Assembly (NCBI RefSeq): GCF_001194135.2
Contig: NC_068981.1
Location: forward strand, 91,229,202-91,293,201
Source of the DNA: Octopus bimaculoides
Lineage: Eukaryota
Direction: 5' to 3'
DNA length: 64,000 nucleotides
Notes under the pieces: generated by a model
The model's database searches: none
The model's input: only the letters and a program-made list of their open reading frames with translations
Told to the model about the DNA's origin: nothing
Shown: piece by piece, positions 35,471 to 47,553 of the stretch
Position numbering within the stretch: position 1 is the first letter of the stretch
Layout: every line of letters starts with the position of its first letter
Position numbers and translations under genes: made by a program

Positions 35471-36979
35471 CGTGCGTGCGTGTGTGTGTGTGTACGCTAT
35501 TATGTGTGTGTATATGTGCGCTAAAATCATATTATCAAGTTTAATAGACATATTCCAGTTAAGAAAATATGTGGGTAAGCAATGGGAACTTCAGCAGATG
35601 TGAGAAGAACAGTATGTGTCGTATCATAATTTTCCAAGTTTGAAAAGATATAACTTTTTTATGGAGAATATGAATAAACGATTATCAGAGTTTATTACAG
35701 AAAAAAATAAAAGTGCGAAAGTTACAATATGATTTTGAAACACATATAAGAGTATAATGACATTATAAGATCATTGAAAGTTTCATTTCATTAATTTCCC
35801 GTCTGAAAGGTTTATTTTACATGGATAAATTAAAATTAATAGATAGAGATTACAGCCTAGACTTCTATAATGATTTCTAGAGGCCGCTATGTAATCATAG
35901 CCGACATACTCAGTAAGTCATAGTCACCTTCAAAACTATTAGTCAGTAAATAATGAAGTAACCCAGTGCCTGCTAACTTATTGCAACGAAAAACTTAACA
36001 TATTTCAACGATAGACTTAAAATGCTCCAAAAATTCATGTGTAAATATTTGGATTCAAACCAACCAATAGATATTATGAAACAACTGCTTATAGCTATCA
36101 ATAAACGATGGGAAATGTTTTCTTTCTATAAAAGTAAATTTTGCAGGAGGCGAAAAATACAACCAAACACAGCAACTTCAATAGCACAACATATCATGAC
36201 ATACATTATGCTATTGTATTTTATAGTACAGAGAAAGAAATTATAATACAATATATTTCAACTACTACAAAAAGTCAATGAAACCTGCACCTGAGGGAAA
36301 TATCATCTTGTTCAATCCGTCGCCTGGTACGAAAGTGCCTAAAGAACCTAAAGAATCAATTTCCTTCTTGAAAAACAAGCACATAAAAGCTAATAGTTTT
36401 TTTACATCTAGCTATATGATAATAAAGTATTTCATTGCGTTAGGAGATAATACCTCAACTAGGAAAAGGTAAATAAATTTCTATAACTAGTAGTTGCATC
36501 GTATAGCATAATACTATAAAAACAATGTGTAATACAGTCATTCTTCGATCTACACCAACATAAAAATGTCTTCAAATGCTGTCATAAACAAAACATTATT
36601 TTGTTTTGAAAGCAGACCGAGCGAAAAAGAAAAGACTGTTAGGAAATATGATTTAATTTGGGTACATACATTTTATTAAATATCAGTTCCAAATGATTTT
36701 TGCTTAACTCAAAAGCATCACAATAAAACTACCTAAACGTCAATGAAAGCAGAAACAGAGTCAAATTCTTGACGGGTTGACAGCGTGTATTTTTAGAATG
36801 ACAGGCTGAAGCAAATTACATCACCCTGCACGTAATATGATTCTTTCCCTTTACCAACTATTACAATATACTGTTGAAGGTCGCTGCATCCACATTACAG
36901 AACATTTTTCTGAAAGCATGGTTGGGAAACTGGTTCCTCCCAGTTTTTAGACTACCGTTATTAGAGTTGGTCCTAACTA

Positions 36980-37300
36980 GGGTATTAATGTCATCTACAT
37001 ATCTACTGTAGAGTAGGTCACGAAGAGGCCGGCCATATCTCCAAATCTACATAGAAGGTGCTTGTAAGGACATGAACATGACATACATAAGAGAGACGTC
37101 TAGGAGCATTGCAGAACGACTAAATGAACATTTGAAACACTAGGACGACAAAAAAAAAAACAGTCTTCCATACTCTACCGACATGGAGGCAACCTGGGTC
37201 AACTTGACATCCGCATCTTATCCAAAGGATCCAACATTCAGACAAATACAGGAGTACGTCCTCATAAATGAAAGTTCCCCGATACTAAATAGGAAATATA
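36980..37300 (+). pseudogene. Decayed Penelope-type GIY-YIG endonuclease
   Basis: IYIEGACKDMNMTYIRETSRSIAERLNEH (YIGET..S..ER..EH) and DPTFRQIQEYVLINESSPILN (R.I.E...I...P.LN). Confidence 0.7.
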
Positions 37301-37619
37301 CATAGTAGATGTCATACCCCCATACCAACAGTTTACACAGGCAGAGTAGAAAGGTAGTGGGCTGTTATGTAGATAGATGGATATATGTGTTTTGGGGGTG
37401 CATGTATATATATGTATATGCACATGTATATAAGCATATGGATATGAAAGTAAACAGATCAACATACAAATGGATAGGTACATAGGTTATATGAACAGAC
37501 AAGCACACATACGTACACATACACAAATGAAGACTGAAACACATGACCATATATACACACACACTTTACTTCACACAAGGACACTCGTGGAGATGCGCAT
37601 CCATACATACAAACACCTC

Positions 37620-38130
37620 CCTACCGAGTTTAGCATTGTTTGTTACTTTAGAACCCAAATAAGACCCGTTGTCTTATATTCAAGAAACGCACCATCTTCT
37701 ATCCTTGCTGCAACAAATAATGCAAATAATACTGGTGCCAAAACACCTTTTTGTACAATTTTAAACTTCAAACGGCACAAACTGACTGCAATGTGAGAGA
37801 ACGGATGCCTTTATGTTATGTGGTAACACTCTGACGTTTAGGATTTTTCTCAGGAATTCAAAACTTTGCTAATATTTTTCAAAACGCTTGCCGACACTCA
37901 GAAACAAAAGCTTTTTTAGTTGATGAAATGTCACATAGTGATCTTTATTGTGCTCTCGCTCCAAACTGACTGTCATATTCACTGTCCCTCGCGCTGATCA
38001 TATGTGCAAAGTTCAAGCTTGAGACTGCGAATGATCTTCATTACCTGTCTCCGTTGCTATCACAAATTCTTATGAATTTGTTTAAGGTGGAATTTCCTTG
38101 TGCTGGACAAAACCCAATGTCTCTACCTAG
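37620..38130 (-). mobile_element. RTE/BovB-like RT remnant
   Basis: DIGFCPAQGNST (CGFR.GRST), KILAKF*IPEKILNV, VQKGVLAPVLFALFVAA..EDGAFLEY (QGCVLAP.LF). Confidence 0.55.
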
Positions 38131-38400
38131 AGAAATAAAGCAGTACTGCTGCGCAGTGTGCTACTTGTCAGCCGCAAAGATCCAGTAGTGATGGTATGGC
38201 TTCATCTTCCAAGGGGTTGAGGTTTGGTGGCTCAATACACACATGCATAAAACGAATATAAAACAAAATATATATAAAGAGAAATTTAAAAAAGTATATG
38301 CATATATATATATATANNNNNNNNNNNNNNNNNNNNNNNNNNNNNNNNNNNNNNNNNNNNNNNNNNNNNNNNNNNNNNNNNNNNNNNNNNNNNTATATAT

Positions 38401-40345
38401 GCTGTAGCTACAGCTCAGAGCTGCGGCTATGCTGATGCACCGTTTTGCTGCACTGTTATTACTGAGGGCCTCTTCCAATATGTGGCACTTGGTGAAGAAT
38501 GGAGTTTGATGTAACTACCCTCATTTGTACCTGCTCCCATGAGGTAGGTTCATCTGGGACTCTCGACAGGAAGAGGTCCAGCTTTGATTTTAAAACGCCT
38601 ACATCTACTTTGTGCAGGTTCCTCATTCTCTTTGGGAGAATATTAAAAAGCTGTGGGTCCCTGAAACCCAGGCTGTTGTAGTAACTGGTCCTGAAGCGCG
38701 ATGGCGTTGCTGGGATCTTTGGCACTATGCAGTGTAGCTTTCAATGCCAAAATTTGGCACAATTCCTTCCAGAATCTTCCAGATGTATATTACTCCATAC
38801 CTTTCCCGCATTCTCTCCATGGAGTAGAGTCTTAGCTGTTTCAGCCTTTCCCAGTAGCTGAGCAGTTGCAAAGAGACGATCTTCTTTGTGAATCTTCTTT
38901 GCATTGCTTCATGGTCCGCTGTTAATTTCATACTAGTGGGTGATCATAGCTGTGAGCAGTAATCCAGGCGGCTGAGCACGAATGTCTTCCAGAGGACCAT
39001 CATGGTTTTCTTCTCTCTGGTTCTGAATGTTCTCAGGATCCATCCAGCCAGTCATCTGCACTTTGTTGCCATCCTGGTAATGTGCACTTGGAAAGAGGTA
39101 TCATTGCTCATGACGATACCCAGGTCTCTCACTGATTTAGGCTCTAGGATTGTAATCACCTATGGACCAGTGTACCCTGTAAGTTTTCATATTCAGTTTT
39201 GGACGCTGGTGGCGCAGGGCTTGGAATTTTTCAGCATTGAGCTGCATATTATTATTCTCAGCCCATCTGTAAACTGAGTCCAACTCATGTAGTTTGTGGC
39301 ATATCATACCATGATCTACTTTGTCAATATTTAGTAAAAATATTGGCGCGACGACTGTGCAGACGTTATAGGAGACAATCCCATGTCTGTTGACTGTGGT
39401 GGTCTTGCTCAGTGTTGAGCAAGATTCCTTGTTTGTGCTTGGTGTAGCCAGGTCAGCTCCTGCATAATCTTTTGTGCCATGTACAAAAAAGACTCTTGCT
39501 CAGCTGCTGCCTTGCGCATAATCTCTGAAGAGCGCACTTCTTTTGTAAATTTTTTCCTTGGAGACATTTGTTTTTTTCCTCAGGGAAGATTTTCCTCCTT
39601 AAGGCCCTTGTAGTTTTGGTGGGTTGTCGGGTGGGCAAACCGGCAGTTTTTGCTGCCGTCTTCCCCATGCCAACATTTGCCTTGCAGATAAAATTTGAAG
39701 GTTCTCCAGTGCCTTCCAAATTTCTTCTTTCCTGTAGGCTTTTGGATGGCATTGGATCCTCCTTGGAGTTTTCTCTTTTTTGTTTGGTGGATTGAGGTTT
39801 CTGTCTTGGTTGTTTCATTTTTGCCTTTTACTTTCCCTTCCTTTCTTTCTTTATGCTTGTGTTTGTGTTCCGTCCTTCCTTTTCTTGTGGTGGGAACTTT
39901 TTTCCTCTGGTTCTCTAATGAAATGAGGGCTCCTTTCCTTTGTAGGACTACTGGCACAGAGGGGCTTCTAGTTGCTGCCTCCTTGGCTCCACTATCCTTT
40001 ACTGCCTGGTCGTTCACAGGGGTGGGTGATCCATTCTTTTGAGGAACCACTGGATCAAAGAGACTTCCGGGTGTTGTTTCCTTTTCATCTTCTCCATCTT
40101 TATAAGCCTTTCTACAATAGTTTCGATTATGACATCCAGGGTGTCAATGTGTGGTCCGATGAGCGTATAGGATCGGATGAATTCATTCTTCTTCCGCTTT
40201 ATCTGATCAGTGGTTCTGTGAAAGCCATTGTTTTTCAGTTCAGCAGGGATGATTTTGTTTGGCGGATCGTCACTAGGAATCGACCATGCTCGCAGCAGAA
40301 GATTTAATTGTTTCTTCTCCTACTTTGGTGCATTCTTCGTTTTTT
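38401..40345 (-). mobile_element. CR1/L2-group LINE with ORF1 remnant (CCCH-type zinc finger) and 3' end, lacking EN and most of RT
   Basis: FYLQGKCWHGEDGSKNCRFAHP; DKVDHGMICHKL joined to DSVYRWAENNNMQLNAEKFQAL; SYWERLKQLRLYSMERMRERY; PQLFNILPK...LDLFLSRVPDEP. Confidence 0.9.
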
Positions 40346-40349
40346 TAAG

Positions 40350-40900
40350 CCCAGAAGGGGTGTAGAGGATAGAGAGGAAGTGCAAAATAGAGGGAGATAG
40401 AAAAGAAGAAACAGAGGGGGGGAATAGGGAATGAGAGAGGGAGATATGAAGGAAAGAGAGAGGTGCTATGAAGGAAAGAGAGAGGGTGATATGAGGAAAG
40501 AGAGCGGGTGTGGGGTGTTAGAGAGACAGAGGGAGGTAGAGGAAAGGGAGAGAAAGAGAGACAGAGTGAGGGAGAGGAGGGGAAGAGAAGGAGAGAAAGA
40601 GAGACAGAGTGAAGGAGAGGGGGAAGAAAAAGAGAGACAGAGGGAGGGAGAGGGTGACGTGACAGGAGAAGAGGAAGATGTGAGATAAAAAGGAAAGGAA
40701 AGAGAACTGTGAAATGAGGAAGATATGAAAGGGAGGGAGAGAGATTGAGAAAAAGAATAAGATATGGAAGAGAGAGAGGGACAGAGGCAGGTGTAAAGAG
40801 AGATAAATGGAGGGAGAGAGGAGCGGGAAAGGGAGGAATATATGTAAGGGAAGGAAAGAAGAAGAGGTAGGTATGAAAAAGAGAGTAGGAGCAGGTAACG
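40350..40900. repeat. GA-rich low-complexity tract
   Basis: Read directly. Confidence 0.9.
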
Positions 40901-40933
40901 AAGATGTGTAGGAAAACGAAATACGAAAATTTG

Positions 40934-40971
<38 letters not shown>

Positions 40972-40989
40972 TTGTAATTATATATATAT

Positions 40990-41610
40990 ATATATGTACA
41001 TATGGCAGGAATGGCAACAAAAGAAAGAAAGAGACCTCGATATTATGCAAATAGAGGAATTTATCTGTAAAAATATGTGACACTGATTCAGTAGCCATGA
41101 GAAAACTCCGAGTTTCGGATGCCAGGGTAGGAGGTCTAACCAACATCTCTTCAGTTATCCGGTCATTGAAAATTCCTGTGAAAAATGACCGTTAAAAACA
41201 AAGGGAAATTACTGTGTAGTGACAAAGCGCGTCTAAAACTGTATATTATCGCATGCACGCATATAGCCATACACGCACGCACATATCTCAATATACGCGC
41301 GCATATATCTACATCCGCACGCATCCACGCGCACACTCACAAGCGCGCACATATAAAGTTCCTTGTACGTGTCTATAAGCGTACGAAAAAAAGTTTGGAG
41401 GGGAGAAAACAGAAAACAAAAAACTATATGTGGAAAAATACAAAAAAAATTAACCCTATAACTATGTAAAAAAACATGAAAATAATCAAAAAATATAATA
41501 ATATAAAAATATAAAAATATAAAATCCGGGTAAAAAAGTGGAAAGCTTATACATAGACACAATCCGGAAGCCTATCAGTACAGTCCCATCAGCAGGTCCT
41601 ATCAGTAAAA
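40990..41610 (-). mobile_element. Second copy of the hammerhead-bearing repeat at 9870-10570
   Basis: Reverse complement collinear with 9870-10570 except for an internal simple-repeat slot. Confidence 0.65.
41092..41165 (-). ncRNA. Degenerate type I hammerhead motif (GUU site)
   Basis: CTGAAGA (41154-41148), gatgttgg/ctggcatc, GAAA, ACTC-G-GAGT; stem I has two mismatches. Confidence 0.5.
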
Positions 41611-41789
41611 TTATTAAAATATATATATATAATCTGCGGGATTATTCGTGGCGCACATGGGGTAAATTCTTGAGGGGAAATGCGGAACTCACTGGTCGAT
41701 AAATTTGTGAATGCATTTTCTTATGTGATTTTGATGTCGCATGGTCAAATACACACGAGTATAGGTGCATTTTCAGATTTATTGTGTAC

Positions 41790-41852
41790 ATCATGCTGAA
41801 GAGTGGAAAAGAATGAATTTTATATTCTTAATCACGAAACGTCGTACATGAT
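41790..41852 (+). ncRNA. Minimal type I hammerhead ribozyme with intact core (GUA site)
   Basis: Stem I ATCATG/CATGAT; CTGAAGA 41796-41802; stem II GTGG/TCAC, AA/AA loop, AAGAAT/ATTCTT; GAAA 41836-41839; stem III AC-GTC-GT; A17 at 41846. Confidence 0.85.
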
Positions 41853-41944
41853 TAACTGAAGGCAAGTTTGTTTTTATTTTCTCTTCTGTTTTTGTTCTAT
41901 GTGTGCCGTAAATATCGCTATCCGTTAGAGAAAAAAATTGTAGT

Positions 41945-42030
41945 TTAGAATCAGTAGTTCTTTGACTGCTATTTCTAAATTTTCAGTATGTTGGTGAAGC
42001 AATCTCATGCTGATCCCTATATATTTATAA
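41945..42030. mobile_element. Fragment of the outer arm of the foldback family at 61832-62523
   Basis: actgctatttctaaattttcagtatgttggtgaagcaat..gctgatccct aligns with 62455-62510. Confidence 0.6.
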
Positions 42031-42179
42031 TATATATAATTATATATATATATATATCTCCTCTCCCCTTTCACGGTTATATCTTCCATACTGTCGGGTG
42101 TCCAACATTCACCCTTCTCACTAACCAAAGTTCAGTGGATTTTCAACTGTGTAAAGAAACCGATTATGGTGATCGTAGT

Positions 42180-42530
42180 TTCGACGGTGATTGTGGTGAA
42201 AGCAGAGACAGTGTTGATGATGACGTTTGTCGAGATAAGTATAAGAGGACGATATATTAGTATCGGCGGTGTTTAATGGCGACAGGAGCGGTGTGATGTG
42301 TGATGCTGAGGCATGGTGGTAATAGTGGTGTTGATGATAGTGTTAGTTGTGTGTTGGTGGTATTGTAGTGGTTATACTGGTTGTTGTGGTGAAAGTGACT
42401 GTCAAGGTAACGGTTATGATAACGTTGATGGCAGTGTATGTTATTGAAGTGAAAGCAATGACAATGCTGCTGATGATGTTGGTGATTGTGGTGGTGGTGG
42501 TGGTGGTGGTCGGGGTCGTCGTAGTGCTGC
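42180..42530. repeat. Cryptic (GTG/GAT/GTT)n trinucleotide tract
   Basis: Read directly; explains the Val-rich ORF. Confidence 0.85.
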
Positions 42531-42538
42531 TTCTTCTG

Positions 42539-42578
42539 GTTTGGCGGAGGTCAGCGCTCTCCGAGTGCTTTTCTAGTT
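42539..42578 (+). mobile_element. Isolated 3' end of a Helentron/HINE-like element
   Basis: TTGGCGGAGGT subterminal repeat, GCGCT-CTCCG-AGTGC stem-loop, then TTTTCTAGTT. Confidence 0.55.
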
Positions 42579-42747
42579 CCCTAACTTTGATTGGAAGACT
42601 TTATCTCCATGTTAGCACTAATTACCTTCTCGTAAATGCTGTCATTAATACAGTCACATGCACTTTAGCATCCTCTTTAAAATAAATATTACAATAGAAA
42701 TCTTCGATCGTTGCTAAGATTGTTTATTGTACATAATGTATATATTT

Positions 42748-42927
42748 CGAACGAAAATGCTCAGCGTCATTTCTTCACACTTTACATTTCGTGATCATAT
42801 GTCACCGGAGTCGACCTTGCGGTTCAACCTTTTTGGATCGATGAAACAGGTACCAGCTGAGCACTGGGGTCGATGTAATCAGCTTCCTATCACAAGAAAT
42901 GGCTGCCATTGTGTCAAAATTTGAACC
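42748..42927 (+). mobile_element. SINE family B, degenerate
   Basis: gaaaatgctcagcg, ggagtcgacc, ggtaccagctgagcactggggtcgatgtaatc, ttgtgtcaaaatttgaacc. Confidence 0.75.
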
Positions 42928-43082
42928 CTCTCCCACACATATACATAATAAAGCCTGTTTGTGTATAACAATAATTTGTAACTATAGATATTGAGAAGCT
43001 TAACACTTCTATTTCTCTGTGCTTAAGACTGCATACTTAAGTCACTGTATATTTTTTACTATTCTTCGAATTTAAAAGCGAC

Positions 43083-43470
43083 TTAATTACCTCCGCCAAG
43101 GACGGAGGTTATATTTTCATCGGTGTTGGTTTGTCTATCTATCCGTTTCTGTGCAAAATAACTCAAAAAGTTGTGAATGGTATTTGATGAAACTTACAGG
43201 AAAAGTTGGTAATGACACACTGAACAGATGATGGAAGTTTGTTAGTGATCCGGGAATTTTTATGGATTCTTGAAGGATTTTTCTTTTGTTATATTTACTT
43301 TATATGAAGTATTACAATGTTACATTCTTTGATTATCTCCCTTGAAAACACGTTCATCGTTTGCACGTAACCTATGGTGGCGTTGCTGTTTCCAAAGTTT
43401 ATTTTCGTTTCTCTATTAGTAATTTTACTCGCGTATCTATCTTAAAATGAGCTGCTTGGCGGAGGTCTGC
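43083..43470 (+). mobile_element. Helentron/HINE-like non-autonomous element
   Basis: Perfect 12-bp subterminal inverted repeats ACCTCCGCCAAG (43089-43100) and CTTGGCGGAGGT (43455-43466). The 3' stem-loop is cut off by a short CR1 crumb (DYWDRLKKLQ). Confidence 0.6.
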
Positions 43471-43574
43471 GGAGGATGACATGACAAGCCCTGACTATTG
43501 GGATCGACTCAAAAAGCTTCAGATGATTCCTGTTTTTAAAAGTATTTTTTAAAAATCATATGGCTGTTTTATTA

Positions 43575-43712
43575 TTTTTTTTTAGCTCCGCCAAAGAAGT
43601 TATGTTTTTGCCGGCGTTGGTTTGGGAAATTGGGCGATTTTCAGCATGCGTGTATATGGGTGGAAATAAGCTGCTTGGCAAAGGTCTGCGCTCTCCAATT
43701 GCTTTTCTATTT
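43575..43712 (+). mobile_element. Short internally deleted copy of the same Helentron/HINE-like element
   Basis: GCTCCGCCAAAGAAGTTATGTTTT ... CTTGGCAAAGGTCTGCGCTCTCCAATTGCTTTTCTA. Confidence 0.55.
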
Positions 43713-45879
43713 GCATCAGTATAAGTTTTGTACTTTACGCCTGCAAAGTACGACAGACATTATTGATTGTGCGGCTTAGGAGACAGTGTAATGAACAAAA
43801 TCATGAATACAACCGAGCATAGTTGTGTAGATAGCAAGTTTGCTTTGGAAATACATATTACTGTATTGTTTAAATGCTTGCGACTGATACTTTGTTGACT
43901 TATGTTGTTTGAATGTCAGTAGGGGAAATCATTCTTCTTTTTGGGTAGCAGACACCCGTCGTGTATTTTAACATCACCATCTCTCATTTATGTATCTCCA
44001 GCTTAGTTTCTCTGAGGGAAATTTAACCCCAGTACTCTGGTGTATGAATAAGAATCCCCTTTCTCCTATCAATGTTGGAGAACGTTAGCTTTAACATTTC
44101 TTACAATTATTTGTTTGAATAGGCTTGTTCCAAGACAATTAACATTAGATAAAAAAAAAAACAAGAAAACTGAATTAGGTTATTCGTGGTTTAAATTGGA
44201 AATTAGCTTTTACTTGTGTCAGAGCAGGTCGTCTCTTGGCCACATCTCATAACGAAGGCTCCCAATTCAAATGAGTTTCAAGGAAGACGTAAGAGAAAGG
44301 TATATTCTTTCTGTTGCATTTAGACATATTTTCAGTGATTAGAAGATATGTGCATGTTAAGTAGTGTAGTAATAAGCAGTTCACTTCATCAGTAATAAAT
44401 ATATTTTTATCATCGTTTCCTACGATCAAAAAGAATATTCCAGACTGTCGGTATTCGAGCGCTTAACAGACAGGAACAATGTTTTTAAACCCGCACAGTG
44501 CTGCATCAAAACTGACATTATTATAAATGTATAGATTTAGTTCGTGACTACTGCATTCACATTTCTCACAATATATTGCTTCTGTTTTACGACAGACACA
44601 AATCTTCTTTATATCTGTTCACCTGGTCATCAGTGAAATTGAAAGTTTTTTTGTTCGAATTGCGCTAAAAGCAAACTGCTGTCTATTCCATACAGATATT
44701 AATCTATCATTCGGTGAACGGAAAATAAATAAAAAAAATAAATATAAATTAATGCACAGTTCATGATGAAACCTGTGATTTGTAACATCTTGACTTCTTT
44801 AATGCTGCAGCCATTACTATCATAGATTTTGCGTTATATTCTAGTTAATCTTTTTGTTCTAAATCAATTTTAAATATAAAAACCTGCGTTTTCTGGATAA
44901 AAGGTTTGTCTTTTAATAGCACGGTTTTAGTTGTGTACACCTGAACTAGAAAGTTGGTGATGGAGTATTGTTTTTATTATAATGTAGCAAATAGAACCTA
45001 ACGAATTTCTTTTATCAGTAAATGTTTCGTGACTTTTCTAAAGATACTAAGTTCTTGATATTAAGTTTAGTCTGTGCATTTCTTCAACAGAAACTGGCCA
45101 CAACAGGAAACTGCTTTACAACTTTCTTCGCTACAAATATTCTTAGAATAAAATCAATTAAGGTATCCTGTTACCTGAGATTCTTAGACTCTAAAATTTA
45201 GACTAGCAACCAAAAATGACGGAAAACGTTAAGAAATACACGTGTATATACATTACATTTCTAAAGGAGGTAAAATTATATTTTGGATTGTTTTACATTG
45301 ACATTAAAAGTTTATTCAACACACAATTTCGCTTTATATTAATGCTCTTCAATTATCATGTTTCTTGATAGCTCCATTTTACAATACCAAATTTGCGGTT
45401 GAAAAGTTTACTCCACTATTAATTTATGGCAAATGACAATACATACAAATTTAAGTTCTTAGTAGCATATTTAATATTCTTACTAGAAACAATTATGCGG
45501 TGAGGAAAAAAATTATATCATTATATAGTTCAATTATGTCAGTTATTATAAGACGAGACAATTGCAAACATATTCTGAAAGATGTTCTAGCAAAAGTAGA
45601 GATATAATAATTATTAAGTAGTTGCACATTATTGTGCAGTGATCGACCCAGAAAACCGAATTGTGTGGAGCAAGGGCCGGCACATTTTTTATATCATTAA
45701 CTCCTTCATGAAAATCATCGATATCATATCGACCACATCATCACACCTTATCGATCTTTATCATATAAATTTCTAAAAGAAAATATAAAAAGTATAATTA
45801 ATAATTTTTTGCTTTAATTGAAAGATATTAATTGCTTCGTTCTTTTGTGCTAGTACCGCTTTTTGACATCTTATATGGG

Positions 45880-47110
45880 CCCCTCATGTGATATGTGGAA
45901 CTTGTAGATCAAATTTAGATGGATGGCTTAGAGGTGCAAGCTAAGCAATGCCTTTTAACTTTTTCGAGAGTTTGGTGAGGGACAAAAATCCATCTCGATG
46001 TTTGCTATTTTTGCATGATTGATATAACAAAGTACAGAAGGGTTAAGGGAAGAAAAGCCCTTCTGTATCCCAGCATTCAATCCTCCATCTCCATTGCAAC
46101 TGTGCCACATGATGATAACTTACCGATTGCACGGCCGCCAGAAAATCCTGTCAAATTGTTAATAACAAATTTAAATTTCATTCAGGGTAACAGAATTAAT
46201 ATTGAAATAATATGTGATTACACATAAAATTCTTATTAAGGTTTCAACTATTATATGCAACCTTATAAGTTTTTCAGGCAGAAGATATAATGGAGGTTTC
46301 AGCAGGAGATTCTGAAGGTGGCGACAATGAAGAAATAGATGAAACATTTGAGCCAGGAGCGAGTACCTGCCCACACTTTCCAAATCAACGTGAACTGGAT
46401 GATCCCATTAGAATGATCTCATCAGGAGCTGAGCTTTTAACATCCAGGCTAAATGAATGGAATGGCTTGGGGGAAGGACTGCAAATTAACAGTATATAGG
46501 AAGCGCCATGAAGAATTCGAAGTATACTTTGACATAAGTGAGGATTTCTGCTTCTGCAAAGATATAAATGGCTTGTTTACAGCTACTGGAATTGATCACA
46601 GCCCTGTAGAATGGCAACTTTGCATACACAATGGAATTCAGCATCCATCCCTGCCTATTGCATACTCGATACAAGTGAAGGAAGAATATGACAACGTAAA
46701 AAAGCTTCTTGAGTAAGTAAACAATGATAAGTTTAAATGGGATGTTCGTGGTGAGTTTAAAATGCTTGCCTTCTTATTATAATTGAATTATAGGGTCTAA
46801 TCCAATTATAATAAGATTCCTTGGTAATAACAAAGACCCAAGCTACAAGCAGCTCGTAGCAAAACTTCTTGAAAGTTATAAGAATTTAGGCTGTAGAATG
46901 TCATTAAATTTACACTTTTTGTATTCGCATTTAGACTTTGTTCGTGAAAACTTACATCAAGTGAGTGAGGAAAATGTTGAGAGACTCCACTACGATATTG
47001 CTACAATGGTTACCAAGGAAGATGGGACACTGCAATGATGGGGACTATATTTAGTCATTGTTTCGTACAGATATAGGAACTCACAGTAGGAGATCTTCGG
47101 TGCATTTCTA
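45880..47110 (+). pseudogene. Chapaev3 (CMC group)-like transposase remnant
   Basis: WAPHVICGTC, CYFCMID, LYPSIQS...VPHDDNLP, SGAELLTSRLNEW, YRKRH, FCFCKDINGLF, KEEYDNVK, EFKMLAFL, SHLDFVRENL..VSEENVERLHYDI, YQGRWD. Family assignment from memory of Chapaev3 transposases. Confidence 0.75.
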
Positions 47111-47216
47111 GAAAAATCGTATAATTTCATCATAGTTTTACTTACATTTCTCATTAGTTTAAAAATAAATATTAGGACAAAATATTTTTAGTTCCTTTTG
47201 ATGTACTACGTGAATA

Positions 47217-47456
47217 GGTCCATTTTAACATGGCTGTCCGTTTGAGCAGGTTCTACTGCGATATTTCAACCCCAAGAGGATATCTTCTCTAGCTGGTTAA
47301 AGGGGCACAGCTGCATCAGAAATGGTAGGGGTTCGTTCTCTGCTCGCAATTTTATCGGATGCAACTCTGCATCATTAACCACCAAGAGAATATGTACTCT
47401 TGAGGTTAAAAAGTCGCAGTAGAGTCTGCTCATACGGACAGTCATGTTAGAGTGGC
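47217..47456. mobile_element. About 240-bp MITE with about 60-bp TIRs and TA flanks
   Basis: CCATTTTAACATGGCTGTCCGTTTGAGCAGG...CAAGAG versus the reverse complement of CTCTTGAGG...GGACAGTCATGTTAGAGTGG, roughly 80 percent identical. Confidence 0.85.
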
Positions 47457-47522
47457 TACAAATATTACAAACAGTACAACTACTGCGTTGATCTCTTAGA
47501 CCTTAGAACTCGCATGTTGCTT

Positions 47523-47553
<31 letters not shown>

